Virus record (IMG/VR): IMGVR_UViG_3300011443_000003
Location: 1 to 56,485 of that record
Length of the DNA stretch: 56,485 bases
Origin: a virus
Reading direction: 5' to 3' (one strand)
In this document: in pieces, positions 1 to 8,705 of the stretch
Layout of the letters: the number at the start of each line of letters is the position of its first letter
How positions within the stretch are numbered: the stretch's first letter is position 1
The notes under the pieces: model-generated
Told to the model about the DNA's origin: nothing
Seen by the model: only the letters and a program-made list of their open reading frames with translations
Database searches by the model: none
Translations under genes and position numbers: made by a program

Positions 1-123
1 GAAACCCATTCCTCGACGATCACATTCTTACCAAGCCCGAGAGCAATAGCTAAAGCACTACTTTGATTACCTATAAAGACACTGCTTCCATTGATTACTT
101 TAGCCAGCTCTAGGAAATTAGAA
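1..123. repeat. Terminal direct repeat, copy 1 (identical to 56363-56485)
   Basis: Read directly: both copies run gaaacccattcctcgacgatcac...ctctaggaaattagaa. The implied unit length is 56362 bp. The repeat lies inside a CDS, so an assembly overlap of a circular or permuted genome is the simplest reading. Confidence 0.9.
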
Positions 124-1322
124 GTCCGATGCCACGGAATCCTGATCGCTGGTTGGAGCTTGCAAAATTCTACGTACTCAGTCTCAAGCCCAACAAACTC
201 CATTTGATGTCCGTGCTGTGCTATGAGTCCGGACCATTGAAATCTTTCATTATGGAATCGTGCAGTTCTGTTTACGATTATCTTCTTACCGGGTGTTATT
301 ATTGACCCATCAATAGTAAGCCACGTATCGGATTCAGGGTAATCGACACCGCACGCTAAAAGTTGCAATCGGAACAAGGAAAAGAAATTCTCCGGCCTGT
401 GCTGTCGGTAGAAATCCCTGAAAGCGTTAAAATCGACATCTGTTGACGCCGGCATTGACTGCGTAAACCGGCAATCCCAAACATATTCCTGCTGCCTGAG
501 CAGTGGAACTAGCGGATCTACATTCCCGTTTCCCATTGACTGACACATATTTGGCTGTCTGGGATAGGGAAATCGGCAATCGGGACTTATAAACATCACC
601 CCGCCGCCCATTGCTTTCATTGCCGCTAGTGCATAGATTATGTCTCCCGCATCGCCACTATGATGAAAAACCAGAGGACGATTACGCAGGGTGCTAAGGG
701 GAGTCAAATAGGAATGAAAACCAAACTGACCGTTCCACCCACGCCCGTCACTCGTCCAAGTGTTCTCTTTGAGCGCATAGCTCGCCGCTTCGATGGAAAA
801 CTGACGTGCAAGGTCTGCGGGTGCGAACTTTATCCCGTCACGTTCCAACTCCATCCGATGCTTCCGGCAAATAAAGTTATCCTCGGGGTGCGCGGGATCT
901 GTAAAACGTGCGGTTGCCTTCAGGAGTTTTCGGCTTCGCAGTGAGAAGCCTCCGTTGCCTACTATGTTTCCGTGCCAGGGTGCTCCGATGTAATCAAAGT
1001 CCAAGAATTGTGGGAGCCATGAGTTAGGGTTAAGCACGTACCCATCCCATTGGACAAGTAGACAGTGGGAAGTTTCCACATAGGAATGTAGTTGTTTAAT
1101 GACAAATTCACTGTAACCCCCAAGACCGTCGAATTTGGGCACAGCGACGGCGTGTTTAAGGCTCGTGTCGTTGGTAAGGAATTTAATTGCATCATACGTC
1201 GCCACTTTCTCGCATTCGATAATCGCATGTTCGGTCAACTTCGCCTTTGGCCCTGTGTCAATCGCTATCAACGTCACGGGGATATGTGGGCGCATCTCGG
1301 GTAATACGGAGTCGTCGAGCAT
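1..1322 (-). CDS. Two-domain glycosyltransferase-like protein (DUF5672-like N-half, GT9/heptosyltransferase-like C-half). The CDS runs off the window start and finishes at 56281 after wrap-around, about 467 aa in total.
   Basis: Not in the ORF track because it has no in-window stop. I checked every minus-strand codon from the ATG at 1322 to base 1 and found no stop. The N-half has FLDFDYIGAPW...GNGGFSLRSRK. The C-half has GDIIYALAAMKA...NFLELAKVINGSSVFIGNQSSALAIALGLGKNVI. Confidence 0.7.
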   Translation of the reverse strand, partial: MLDDSVLPEMRPHIPVTLIAIDTGPKAKLTEHAIIECEKVATYDAIKFLTNDTSLKHAVAVPKFDGLGGYSEFVIKQLHSYVETSHCLLVQWDGYVLNPNSWLPQFLDFDYIGAPWHGNIVGNGGFSLRSRKLLKATARFTDPAHPEDNFICRKHRMELERDGIKFAPADLARQFSIEAASYALKENTWTSDGRGWNGQFGFHSYLTPLSTLRNRPLVFHHSGDAGDIIYALAAMKAMGGGVMFISPDCRFPYPRQPNMCQSMGNGNVDPLVPLLRQQEYVWDCRFTQSMPASTDVDFNAFRDFYRQHRPENFFSLFRLQLLACGVDYPESDTWLTIDGSIITPGKKIIVNRTARFHNERFQWSGLIAQHGHQMEFVGLETEYVEFCKLQPAIRIPWHRTSNFLELAKVINGSSVFIGNQSSALAIALGLGKNVIVEEWV

Positions 1323-1335
1323 CCAACATGTTTGT

Positions 1336-1677
1336 TTAGCCGTTTGCACCAGATTTATCTATCCCCAACGCTTTGCATAATTCTTTGAAACTTTTAGGCC
1401 CAAACATTCGATGGGAATTTGGGAAAAGCTTTCCAGATAGTATTTTGCTTCGCGCTTGTTCAGGTGTTTGTATCCCGTGATTTGATAGGCATGTAACAAT
1501 CGCATTTCTGAGTGTGTCGAATTCGTTTCTGCGAAGATGATCCCTCCTCCAAATGGAATCCCAAATAATATGTCTAGTTCTGGATTCGCTTCGTTTTATT
1601 CGTTTTGATATTTGCTTATAGCGCATTCCGCTATCGTGCAGCTTAAGCACTAGTAGGTGTCTTTTATTCAATCGCAT
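1336..1677 (-). CDS. DNA-binding protein, sigma-70 region-4/LuxR-like HTH plus helix-hairpin-helix-like C-terminus
   Basis: 113-aa ORF. It has LLVLKLHDSGMRYKQISKRIKRSESRTRHII (HTH-like) and FGPKSFKELCKALG (RpoA-CTD-like HhH). Confidence 0.5.
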   Translation of the reverse strand: MRLNKRHLLVLKLHDSGMRYKQISKRIKRSESRTRHIIWDSIWRRDHLRRNEFDTLRNAIVTCLSNHGIQTPEQARSKILSGKLFPNSHRMFGPKSFKELCKALGIDKSGANG

Positions 1678-1710
1678 ATCGGTCCATCATCCAGCATTGT
1701 TGAGTGGGGG

Positions 1711-2250
1711 TCATTCTGAAAATAAAGGAATGCACTTAATCCACGTATCCCAAGCGCGTGAAACAATTCCAGAACCGGGAAACAAATCGACCAATTCATC
1801 TCCCCTTCTTAATCCCATCAATTCAAATAGCCAGAGACAGAATTGCATTGGTTTAGCTCCATGAGTTCCTTTTTGAAGCGTTATATTCGCAGACACCCAA
1901 TCAGGAACGGTCATGTCAGTTCTCTCTCTCTTTCTGGCACCCCTGAAAATGATTGGTTCCCAAGCGTAGGCCGGATTCACATTCGGCTTGAACGACGCAA
2001 ACGGTTTTACCCAAGCGGCTATACGAACATCATCCGGACAAAATGGAAGGATTTGCTTCAAACCGGGACTATGAGTTGATAATGCCCAACAGTCGTAAGT
2101 GTTTAGTTGCTTGATCAATTCTGAATGATCTATTTCCTTCGGTTCTATTCCGCTAGGATCTTTGGAATAATGAGTTTTTGCACAACCAATATAGGGAGGA
2201 TCTGCGTAACAGAATCTCACTTCCCACCCCCCGTTTTCATCCAGCACCAC
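1711..2250 (-). CDS. DNA N6-adenine/N4-cytosine methyltransferase (DPPY type)
   Basis: 179-aa ORF with FCYADPPYIGC (motif IV) followed by C-terminal DLFPGSG (AdoMet motif I). This is the permuted beta-class order. Confidence 0.75.
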   Translation of the reverse strand: MVLDENGGWEVRFCYADPPYIGCAKTHYSKDPSGIEPKEIDHSELIKQLNTYDCWALSTHSPGLKQILPFCPDDVRIAAWVKPFASFKPNVNPAYAWEPIIFRGARKRERTDMTVPDWVSANITLQKGTHGAKPMQFCLWLFELMGLRRGDELVDLFPGSGIVSRAWDTWIKCIPLFSE

Positions 2251-2891
2251 TCAGGCAGCTTCTCTTTCGTTTCCTTGCTCATCTTGCGAAGCGCGTATTC
2301 AAGCGGTGCCCAAACCTTCAACTGCAACGGACACGCGCACGCTTCGCAGACTCCCAAGTTGGCGTCATACTTGGTTTGCAACTGCATCGAGTTCTTGGCG
2401 GCCAACTGGTTCTTGATCAGTTCCGCTGCTGGCTCCGTAAACAAGGTTTTCCAATCGCCCGTTCCGTTCATGGGGCAACGGGTGTTACCTGGAGCACCTG
2501 CCGTGCAGATTAGTGCGCGAGCGTCGGCTACTTCTCGGGGGACTACTTTTCCATTCTCCGACCAAGCCAATAGATTCTGTGCTCCAACTCCTAATCGGTT
2601 AATGCCCGCAACAACGGCCCCTGCGCGGCGCATTACTCCCCGCAGAGGCGAAATTTTTGGGCTTTCTACCATTCCCAATCTTCGCATGGTGAACTTTTCG
2701 AGTTCTACAGCAACCTCGTCGAAGGAGGTTGAGAGCTTGTGTTGTTTGGTGATCGCCGGGTTTTTCAACCTGTGACGAATTATTTCCTCCACCGTCCTGT
2801 CGAACGTGAAGCCAAGCGGCATAGGATTTCTCCAACCTGTTTGCGGTTGGAAAAAAGTCCAGCCGTTAGGGGGGAAGGTATGTCTATCCAT
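2217..2891 (-). CDS. Hypothetical protein (Cys-containing C-terminus)
   Basis: 224-aa ORF directly downstream of terL and overlapping both neighbours by a few codons. No family recognised. Confidence 0.55.
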   Translation of the reverse strand: MDRHTFPPNGWTFFQPQTGWRNPMPLGFTFDRTVEEIIRHRLKNPAITKQHKLSTSFDEVAVELEKFTMRRLGMVESPKISPLRGVMRRAGAVVAGINRLGVGAQNLLAWSENGKVVPREVADARALICTAGAPGNTRCPMNGTGDWKTLFTEPAAELIKNQLAAKNSMQLQTKYDANLGVCEACACPLQLKVWAPLEYALRKMSKETKEKLPEWCWMKTGGGK

Positions 2892-5574
2892 AGGTTAGTG
2901 TATATTTACTGCGCTTATCTCGTTCTTCTTTAATTGCTTTGTCAAGCCATCCCTGATCTTGGACGGCGGAATTGTCGTCTACTTTCATGCGTTCTATGAT
3001 GAAGCCTAAACGCTGCGCCCCTTCTAGTGCAACCGCCGCCGCGTCGGCCTTGTTCGGGGACTGACCCATCCTCTCCTTGCATTCAGCCTTTGTTTCAAGC
3101 TCGTAACGATTTCCGTTGGTGAATCGCCATTCACGCATTGACAGTTCGGACACGACATCTTCAGGCATCTCTCGCACTTGATATGATTCTACTGCTTGGC
3201 GAATGCTGAACCACGCTTGCGTCACATATTTTGAATAATGCTCCGATGCTTTCTTTAATCGTCGCGTCTGAGTCTTTTCGTCAAATGTGAAAGTGTCGTT
3301 GCTTACAGGTCGATCCGTTGCAGAGCCACCAAAGTTCACGGCGTTGACTTCGTTACCGACTATCCTAGCCATGCTGATTGCCAGCGATGCACGCATACCA
3401 GCTTCAAAGAAAACATTCGTTGGCGGCACATTCAGTTGCGGGAGCAATCCTTTCACGAAAATAGCAATCTGATCCTCGACACTATCCTTGGAACTCATCA
3501 GGAGAGGAATAGTGACGGTCTGGTTAAACTTGATTACTGTCTGTCCCGTAACTTCCTCTCCGTATTCCAACAGGATCGCTTCGCACGGGTCGCCGCCGTA
3601 ACCCGCGTCGATTCCAAGCACGCGAGTAGTTTCCTTTCCGCTCCAGATACAGGTCTTGTAAGCCTCATACCGTAAGCACATGGCGCGAGTCAGGACACGG
3701 TATGTATCCACTCCCAACTTTCGCACACCCATAATCTGTGACCAAAACTCGCCTGAGTCTTTACCGCTTCGTTTCAACACGCGGTCAACGTCTGCTTGAT
3801 CAATTAGGTATGGATAATCCTTTGGGCGATCAACGTCGAAGTTTGGTGAGTCTATGCCTACGAGATTGACCGTTATTCCATCTAGTCGATTCTTCCAAGT
3901 GCAGGTCTTGGTAATTTCTCCAAGGGAATCCCAACCCGCCACAGGTTCGGCCATCTTGTCGAGAGCCTTGCCGTTGCCTCCGATTGGATTGCCAACAAAA
4001 CAGCCGGTGAATGTGCCCTTGTCAAGGTTGGATAGGGTGTTGATATAGTTGATGTGCATAAACTGGCAATTATGCACACAAAAACCATTCACGCTGTAGC
4101 TTGGGTGATTGTTAATTTGGAGATTGTAAACTCGATGCCCGCCAGTACTACCACTGCCGTCGACGCATTCATTATCTCCCGGTTCTTGAACCGTAACACT
4201 GTCCACCCACGCTCCTGTAAGAAATTGGTTTTCCTTTCGTCCGATGCTCTCCTTGTTGGGCTGTTGTGCGTCATCCCGTCGACTTCGATTGCCAGCTTCA
4301 GATGTGGAATTGCAGCATCTATCTTGTAATGTGTCGGAATTCCATTCCCCGGTTTTATTTTCGTCTTTACGCAGAAATTGTAAACCGCGCTCGGCACCAT
4401 GCAGAGCAAGCGTTTTTCTGGTTCTGTCGGGCCATGCCCATTCCCGCCGCGAACTGGTGGACCCCAACCCATCTCTATTAGCTTCTTCCGAGTTTTTGCG
4501 GCTGCGGCCATTTTCACATCCATCGGCCTGTTCCTTGTCAATTCCGCAAGTTTCTTTGCCCATTGAGGATTTTCCGCGTGTTTCTGTAACAAAATCTTCC
4601 TGTATTTCTCCGCATGCTCCGGTCCAGTCTTGTACTTCGTGAAGCAGGCATTGCTGCAAAATCTTGTGTGCCTCGGATCCAGTTTTATTCCGCAGGAGTA
4701 ACAATGTGTTCTTGGTTCCATAAACGTAGTGGTTTTTTGTTAGGTTTTCTGCCATCACCCATCCCTGTTGGGTGAATAGCTCATGGTTTTTCGTGCAGGT
4801 TACTTTTCTTCCATCACTAAACGAAATCGTTAAAAGCTTCTGTGCTAGGCTAGATTTTGCAGCGATAACAGTTCCAACTCCGATTGCGTTGTAAACTAAA
4901 TCTCCAACTTGGATCGATTCTATCGGATACGATCCGCTTGGGGTATCAACCGTCGTTCCGGCAGGAAAACACTCATCGCCAAGCAATCTCCTTCGCTTTT
5001 GCTTAATACCAACAAATTTTTCTAGACCTCCAGACCACTGCCCATCGCTCCCGATGCATGGAATGCAGAGAATCCCACGGCGCATGTCGCGCACATCTGC
5101 ATCCTCTCCCAATGTGTCAGTGAATACACCGTGTTTGGCATCGACTACATTTCCCGGCAGGTAATTCCACCGTTCTCTCGCTCTATCGAAAAGATCCTTG
5201 ACATCCCCCCATACCCGCAACTCCAAACCGCGTATATCCGTAGACGACATAAGCGTAAGGGTTTCGTTCGGAAAGCAAAAATAATCCGCTAATGCGAATT
5301 TTGACATTGTGCGAGTCTTTCCGCTATCGCGTGAGCCTTGGACAACAGTGATTCTGTTTTCCAAAATGGTTTTTAGTATCAGATCACTCCATCGATTATG
5401 GTCGTCATCTGGCCATAGGCATGTTTGGAGTTTTCTAAAATGTTCAAACAACCCAAGTCCATACTCCTTCCCATCCCCCATCTTCCACTTGCCGCCCTTG
5501 CGCACGCAGCTCATTTCGATCTGTAGATCGTCCATGTCCTCCCAGACTAAATTGTAGCGGCGGGTAACAGTCAT
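2884..5574 (-). CDS. terL: Terminase large subunit precursor containing an intein
   Basis: 896-aa ORF. Walker A is VVQGSRDSGKTRT and Walker B is RRLLGDE. The RNaseH-like nuclease motif VLGIDAGYGGDP lies in the C-extein. A 301-aa insert is bounded by CFPAGTT... and ...FCVHN/C. Confidence 0.85.
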   Translation of the reverse strand: MTVTRRYNLVWEDMDDLQIEMSCVRKGGKWKMGDGKEYGLGLFEHFRKLQTCLWPDDDHNRWSDLILKTILENRITVVQGSRDSGKTRTMSKFALADYFCFPNETLTLMSSTDIRGLELRVWGDVKDLFDRARERWNYLPGNVVDAKHGVFTDTLGEDADVRDMRRGILCIPCIGSDGQWSGGLEKFVGIKQKRRRLLGDECFPAGTTVDTPSGSYPIESIQVGDLVYNAIGVGTVIAAKSSLAQKLLTISFSDGRKVTCTKNHELFTQQGWVMAENLTKNHYVYGTKNTLLLLRNKTGSEAHKILQQCLLHEVQDWTGACGEIQEDFVTETRGKSSMGKETCGIDKEQADGCENGRSRKNSEEANRDGLGSTSSRREWAWPDRTRKTLALHGAERGLQFLRKDENKTGEWNSDTLQDRCCNSTSEAGNRSRRDDAQQPNKESIGRKENQFLTGAWVDSVTVQEPGDNECVDGSGSTGGHRVYNLQINNHPSYSVNGFCVHNCQFMHINYINTLSNLDKGTFTGCFVGNPIGGNGKALDKMAEPVAGWDSLGEITKTCTWKNRLDGITVNLVGIDSPNFDVDRPKDYPYLIDQADVDRVLKRSGKDSGEFWSQIMGVRKLGVDTYRVLTRAMCLRYEAYKTCIWSGKETTRVLGIDAGYGGDPCEAILLEYGEEVTGQTVIKFNQTVTIPLLMSSKDSVEDQIAIFVKGLLPQLNVPPTNVFFEAGMRASLAISMARIVGNEVNAVNFGGSATDRPVSNDTFTFDEKTQTRRLKKASEHYSKYVTQAWFSIRQAVESYQVREMPEDVVSELSMREWRFTNGNRYELETKAECKERMGQSPNKADAAAVALEGAQRLGFIIERMKVDDNSAVQDQGWLDKAIKEERDKRSKYTLTYG
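4069..4971 (-). mobile_element. Intein (301 codons) inserted immediately after the terminase Walker B DE
   Basis: Cys1 codon is at 4971-4969 (GDE|CFPAGTTVD). Block B is VTCTKNHELFT. Blocks F/G are HRVYNLQINNHPSYSVNGFCVHN, followed by the +1 Cys codon at 4068-4066. I verified the coordinates on the nucleotide sequence. Confidence 0.8.
4089..4721 (-). CDS. Vsr/DUF559-like PD-(D/E)XK endonuclease ORF nested inside the intein in a different reading frame
   Basis: 210-aa ORF on the same strand as terL but in another frame (start 4721 mod 3 = 2; terL 5574 mod 3 = 0). The N-terminus is Cys-rich (CYSCG...FCSNAC). The C-terminal block is YKIDAAIPHLKLAIEVDGMTHNSPTRRASDERKTNFLQERGWTVLRFKNREI. Confidence 0.6.
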   Translation of the reverse strand: MEPRTHCYSCGIKLDPRHTRFCSNACFTKYKTGPEHAEKYRKILLQKHAENPQWAKKLAELTRNRPMDVKMAAAAKTRKKLIEMGWGPPVRGGNGHGPTEPEKRLLCMVPSAVYNFCVKTKIKPGNGIPTHYKIDAAIPHLKLAIEVDGMTHNSPTRRASDERKTNFLQERGWTVLRFKNREIMNASTAVVVLAGIEFTISKLTITQATA

Positions 5575-5777
5575 AGCCCATCTTCACACTGACAATAATC
5601 AGTTCGTTCGTCACAAAACCAGCATCGAATGGGTTCATCGCCCGTCATGGTTTTAACATACTCGAAAGTTTTCTCACCCAAATAGAACGCCTTGTTCGTA
5701 TCGGACTCCTTCTGCCACTCACGCACCGGCGCAAGCAGTCGGTCGCTGAAGTATTGTTCTAGGGATGGAGTGGTCAT
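5571..5777 (-). CDS. Hypothetical small protein with C-terminal Cys cluster
   Basis: The ATG at 5777 forms an ATGA overlap with the upstream stop, and the gene overlaps the terL start. The C-terminus is CWFCDERTDYCQCE. A 68-aa form is preferred over the 86-aa track ORF. Confidence 0.5.
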   Translation of the reverse strand: MTTPSLEQYFSDRLLAPVREWQKESDTNKAFYLGEKTFEYVKTMTGDEPIRCWFCDERTDYCQCEDGL

Positions 5778-6007
5778 CTGCACTCTTTCTTGGCGTGCTC
5801 CACAACGTACTGATTCTGCTCTAGCATCCATTGGCTGACTTGGCCGTGTTGCGCGAAAAGATTTCCCCCGCCGCGAGTATAGCTTGCGGTGTCGGATTCA
5901 CCATCTAGCGTTGGAAAGCTTACAAAGATTCTCACGCTATCTACATGCTCTGCCAGCTTCTCGGTGAAGTCGTCAACCATCGCCACGATTCGCTCTTTGT
6001 CGGTCAT
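5774..6007 (-). CDS. Hypothetical protein
   Basis: The first ATG is at 6007 (MTDKERIVAMVDDF...). The track ORF extends to 6088 through a non-ATG start. Confidence 0.45.
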   Translation of the reverse strand: MTDKERIVAMVDDFTEKLAEHVDSVRIFVSFPTLDGESDTASYTRGGGNLFAQHGQVSQWMLEQNQYVVEHAKKECR

Positions 6008-6117
6008 AACAGAAACCCAGTGGTGTTCAATGAATGCGAATACAACTAAGCATGTCGGCGGCTCTCCCGCTAAAGGTGGCGTCCCCACCCGCTCTATTCC
6101 ACCGGGAAATTGGTTTG

Positions 6118-6549
6118 TTAATCTTCAAGTTTGATTATTGGGATTATACCCTTCTTCTTGCCATCGCGTCCCAACCAGAAAAGGTTAGTTAATGACCACT
6201 GAATTGGCTTGTTGGTTGGCGTGACTATAATCGGATTGGTAGTCCAGAAAACATTGGTGCTGAACCAATTTGTAACGTATTCAATCAGCACCGCCTTTCT
6301 CTCCGCGAGTATCGACCCCGGCACTGACTTCAGAACGAAGCGATTGGTGGTTTCAAACCGCCTATTCATTATTCGGTTGTTTACAACTTCGGCTGGAATC
6401 TCATCCAAAAGCACGTCAACCACCGTATTCGTGACTATCTGCCCCTCCTGCACAGAGAAGAAGCGATTGGACCTGTCCTTAAACTCCCCGATTTCCGTCC
6501 AGTTGGTGACGACGATGGTTAGAATGATTGCGAGTGTGGTTGTATTCAT
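6118..6549 (-). CDS. Membrane-anchored hypothetical protein
   Basis: The ATG at 6549 forms an ATGA overlap with the upstream stop. The N-terminus has a hydrophobic helix, TTLAIILTIVVTNW. Confidence 0.55.
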   Translation of the reverse strand: MNTTTLAIILTIVVTNWTEIGEFKDRSNRFFSVQEGQIVTNTVVDVLLDEIPAEVVNNRIMNRRFETTNRFVLKSVPGSILAERKAVLIEYVTNWFSTNVFWTTNPIIVTPTNKPIQWSLTNLFWLGRDGKKKGIIPIIKLED

Positions 6550-6713
6550 CGGCACTCCTTCACTTTTATCAGTTCACCCTTCACCTCGTATTTCTCCTCA
6601 ACATGCTTCAGGAACGCCAAAGCACGATCCTTCGCGCCAGCACGCCACCATGTTCTATTATGATAATAGGCGAGCGGAAACTTGGTGAGGTAGAATGTGC
6701 GCGGGCGTTTCAT
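6546..6713 (-). CDS. Hypothetical small protein
   Basis: ATG at 6713 (MKRPRTFYLTKF...). The longer track form to 6812 has an odd N-terminal composition. Confidence 0.4.
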   Translation of the reverse strand: MKRPRTFYLTKFPLAYYHNRTWWRAGAKDRALAFLKHVEEKYEVKGELIKVKECR

Positions 6714-6888
6714 TCCTCCACCCCCCTGCAAATAACCGCGCGACTCCCTATGCAGATCAGTCCGGTTTTTGGATCGTTGTGGGAAATTACAAATCTCTCC
6801 CATTGTGTCCATCTATAATAGGAGTACACAAGCCTAAGACACGCCGGGCAAACTGTTCGTTTTCCGGTTTGCATCCAATGTTTTTGTT

Positions 6889-7254
6889 TCATTCCTCACT
6901 CCAAATTCCCATCACGCGCAGGAAAGTTTCGCAGTGCTGTTCGGCACTAGCGTTGGCCTTGCTCCATGCCCACGCCGTATACTTAGCTTGTCGGCCACAA
7001 ATTGCACTCAACGTAAGCGCGTATTCCATTCGCTTCCCCTCCGGCACGCACTTGCGCATCTCAGCGCAGGCGTTTAGGTCGTTGATGTAGTCGGGTGATG
7101 TTCTCCAGGTGCACATTCCGCCGCAGGCTTGATGTGTTTCGTGAAACGTGACCATCTCAGGACTAACTTGCTGTTCACATATAGGGCAAAACCAGTGCGG
7201 ATCACCCGTGCCACACACCTCCACAATCGCCACGTTGATCTCTTGCGGGGTCAC
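6889..7254 (-). CDS. Hypothetical protein, phage ABA-sandwich-domain-like
   Basis: 121-aa ORF with a GTG start in a GTGA overlap with the upstream stop. The motif SPDYINDLNACAEM resembles the second such protein at 18371-18754. Confidence 0.45.
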   Translation of the reverse strand: MTPQEINVAIVEVCGTGDPHWFCPICEQQVSPEMVTFHETHQACGGMCTWRTSPDYINDLNACAEMRKCVPEGKRMEYALTLSAICGRQAKYTAWAWSKANASAEQHCETFLRVMGIWSEE

Positions 7255-8159
7255 TTCGCGTCCTCCGTTTCGGCCAGGGCTTGCTCAGCTTGTGGTAGAA
7301 ACACATCCTGCACATGATCCAGAATCACCCATCCGTCATCGTAACTAATCGCTCGTGGACGAATCGGAACCAGCGCACGCAGATTTTTTATCAACTCCCT
7401 CAACCTCCCCGCCTTCTCTGGACTGAGCCAGCTGGCGCCGCATTGGGTGGAGAGGGCGTGTGTAACACTGCATCTGTCCACATTGTTTAATTGATAATGC
7501 GAAGCTCCATTGTATTCGGACCATTCGTGCCAAACAGCATGTTCAAGAATAGAACGCATCTCCGCCCCCGCAGCCTCCGCACGCTCCAGCTTGTTGTGGA
7601 GTATTAGAAATGCGTGCTTAATCGAGTTAATTACTTCAGCCCTGCCTTCACTTGCAACTTCGTTACCTTCAGCTAGGCTTATTTCGGATCCCCAGTTGAT
7701 CTCTTGAATTGCGCTTAGCCAATCTTCGTCAACTTGGTTTTCAACCTCATCTAGCTTGGCTGCGAGTTCGTCGCGGTCCATCTTATAAGCCCCAAGCAAT
7801 GCAAGTGCGTCGTCGCGCTCTTTTAGAATGGCTTGTAAGTCGATCCCGTGAATCAAAACAGGACAAGCGAAACTGAGGCTTTCAAGGTGGTTTTCATCCT
7901 GATCCTTTACCCACGCCCAGTAGTTTCCTTTTGCCTTCTCGCGGTGCGACACCAGCTCTCGCCACATGGGATCAAGCTTGGCGGCGAGGTCGTTTTCTCT
8001 AATCGACGCCTTACTAAGCAATTGGGTAACTTCAATGTTGCTTAAAAATGCGTCTTCGTATTTGACTTTTAGTTCGTCGCGCTCCTTTGTGAGTTGGTCG
8101 ATGTGGATATTCAGATTACCGATGTCGTTATCCATCGAACGAAGTTCTTGTTCACTCAT
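7251..8159 (-). CDS. Coiled-coil hypothetical protein
   Basis: 302-aa ORF with an ATG at 8159 and long heptad-like acidic and Leu-rich stretches. Confidence 0.6.
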   Translation of the reverse strand: MSEQELRSMDNDIGNLNIHIDQLTKERDELKVKYEDAFLSNIEVTQLLSKASIRENDLAAKLDPMWRELVSHREKAKGNYWAWVKDQDENHLESLSFACPVLIHGIDLQAILKERDDALALLGAYKMDRDELAAKLDEVENQVDEDWLSAIQEINWGSEISLAEGNEVASEGRAEVINSIKHAFLILHNKLERAEAAGAEMRSILEHAVWHEWSEYNGASHYQLNNVDRCSVTHALSTQCGASWLSPEKAGRLRELIKNLRALVPIRPRAISYDDGWVILDHVQDVFLPQAEQALAETEDAK

Positions 8160-8186
8160 CGTCGTATTGGTTTCATGGGTGGTGGG

Positions 8187-8474
8187 TTATTGTTGGTAGT
8201 GCTCCTTGAAACACTCTTGGCACATGCGGACGCGGCACGATTTACGAATGTAATCTGTTTCACCCTCGTCGTATTGCAGATATGGATCGACCCGTCTGGT
8301 GATGAGCTTCATTTCCTTTACGCGCATTTCCTTGTCGCACCCGAAACACCACGACCGTTGGCTGGACTTCTGTTCTTCTGCTGCCATGCGTAACTCATCG
8401 GCACTTGTTTCAGGCATTGGAACAATCCCATGCTTCAACTTCCACTCTTCCAACTTGGTGTCGTAGTCGCTCAT
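8187..8474 (-). CDS. Zinc-ribbon hypothetical protein
   Basis: 95-aa ORF with paired Cys motifs CFGCD...CQEC. Confidence 0.55.
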   Translation of the reverse strand: MSDYDTKLEEWKLKHGIVPMPETSADELRMAAEEQKSSQRSWCFGCDKEMRVKEMKLITRRVDPYLQYDEGETDYIRKSCRVRMCQECFKEHYQQ

Positions 8475-8480
8475 GGTTCA

Positions 8481-8705
8481 TTATACCAATGGCCATTTGG
8501 TTTCGAGTTTGTCGGCTTCGGCGTTAATGACATTAGCCCAAGCTGATCTGATTGACTGCGGAGTTCTCTCGGACCTGCCGTTGTTTAGGATTTCCGCCGC
8601 GTGGCGCAGGGCGTCGGCTTGCACCATCTTAATCCGATCCTCGAATGCGACCTCCTTGTAGTCCCCGCGCATTCCTTCTTTCATCCATTCCTGCGCAGTT
8701 TTCAT
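8481..8705 (-). CDS. Hypothetical protein, paralog of 21954-22268 (MKTxxEWxK...QADAL family)
   Basis: 74-aa ORF. MKTAQEWMKEG...VQADALRHAAEILN aligns with MKTTDEWIKDL...IQADALSRAVDAVN. Confidence 0.55.
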   Translation of the reverse strand: MKTAQEWMKEGMRGDYKEVAFEDRIKMVQADALRHAAEILNNGRSERTPQSIRSAWANVINAEADKLETKWPLV

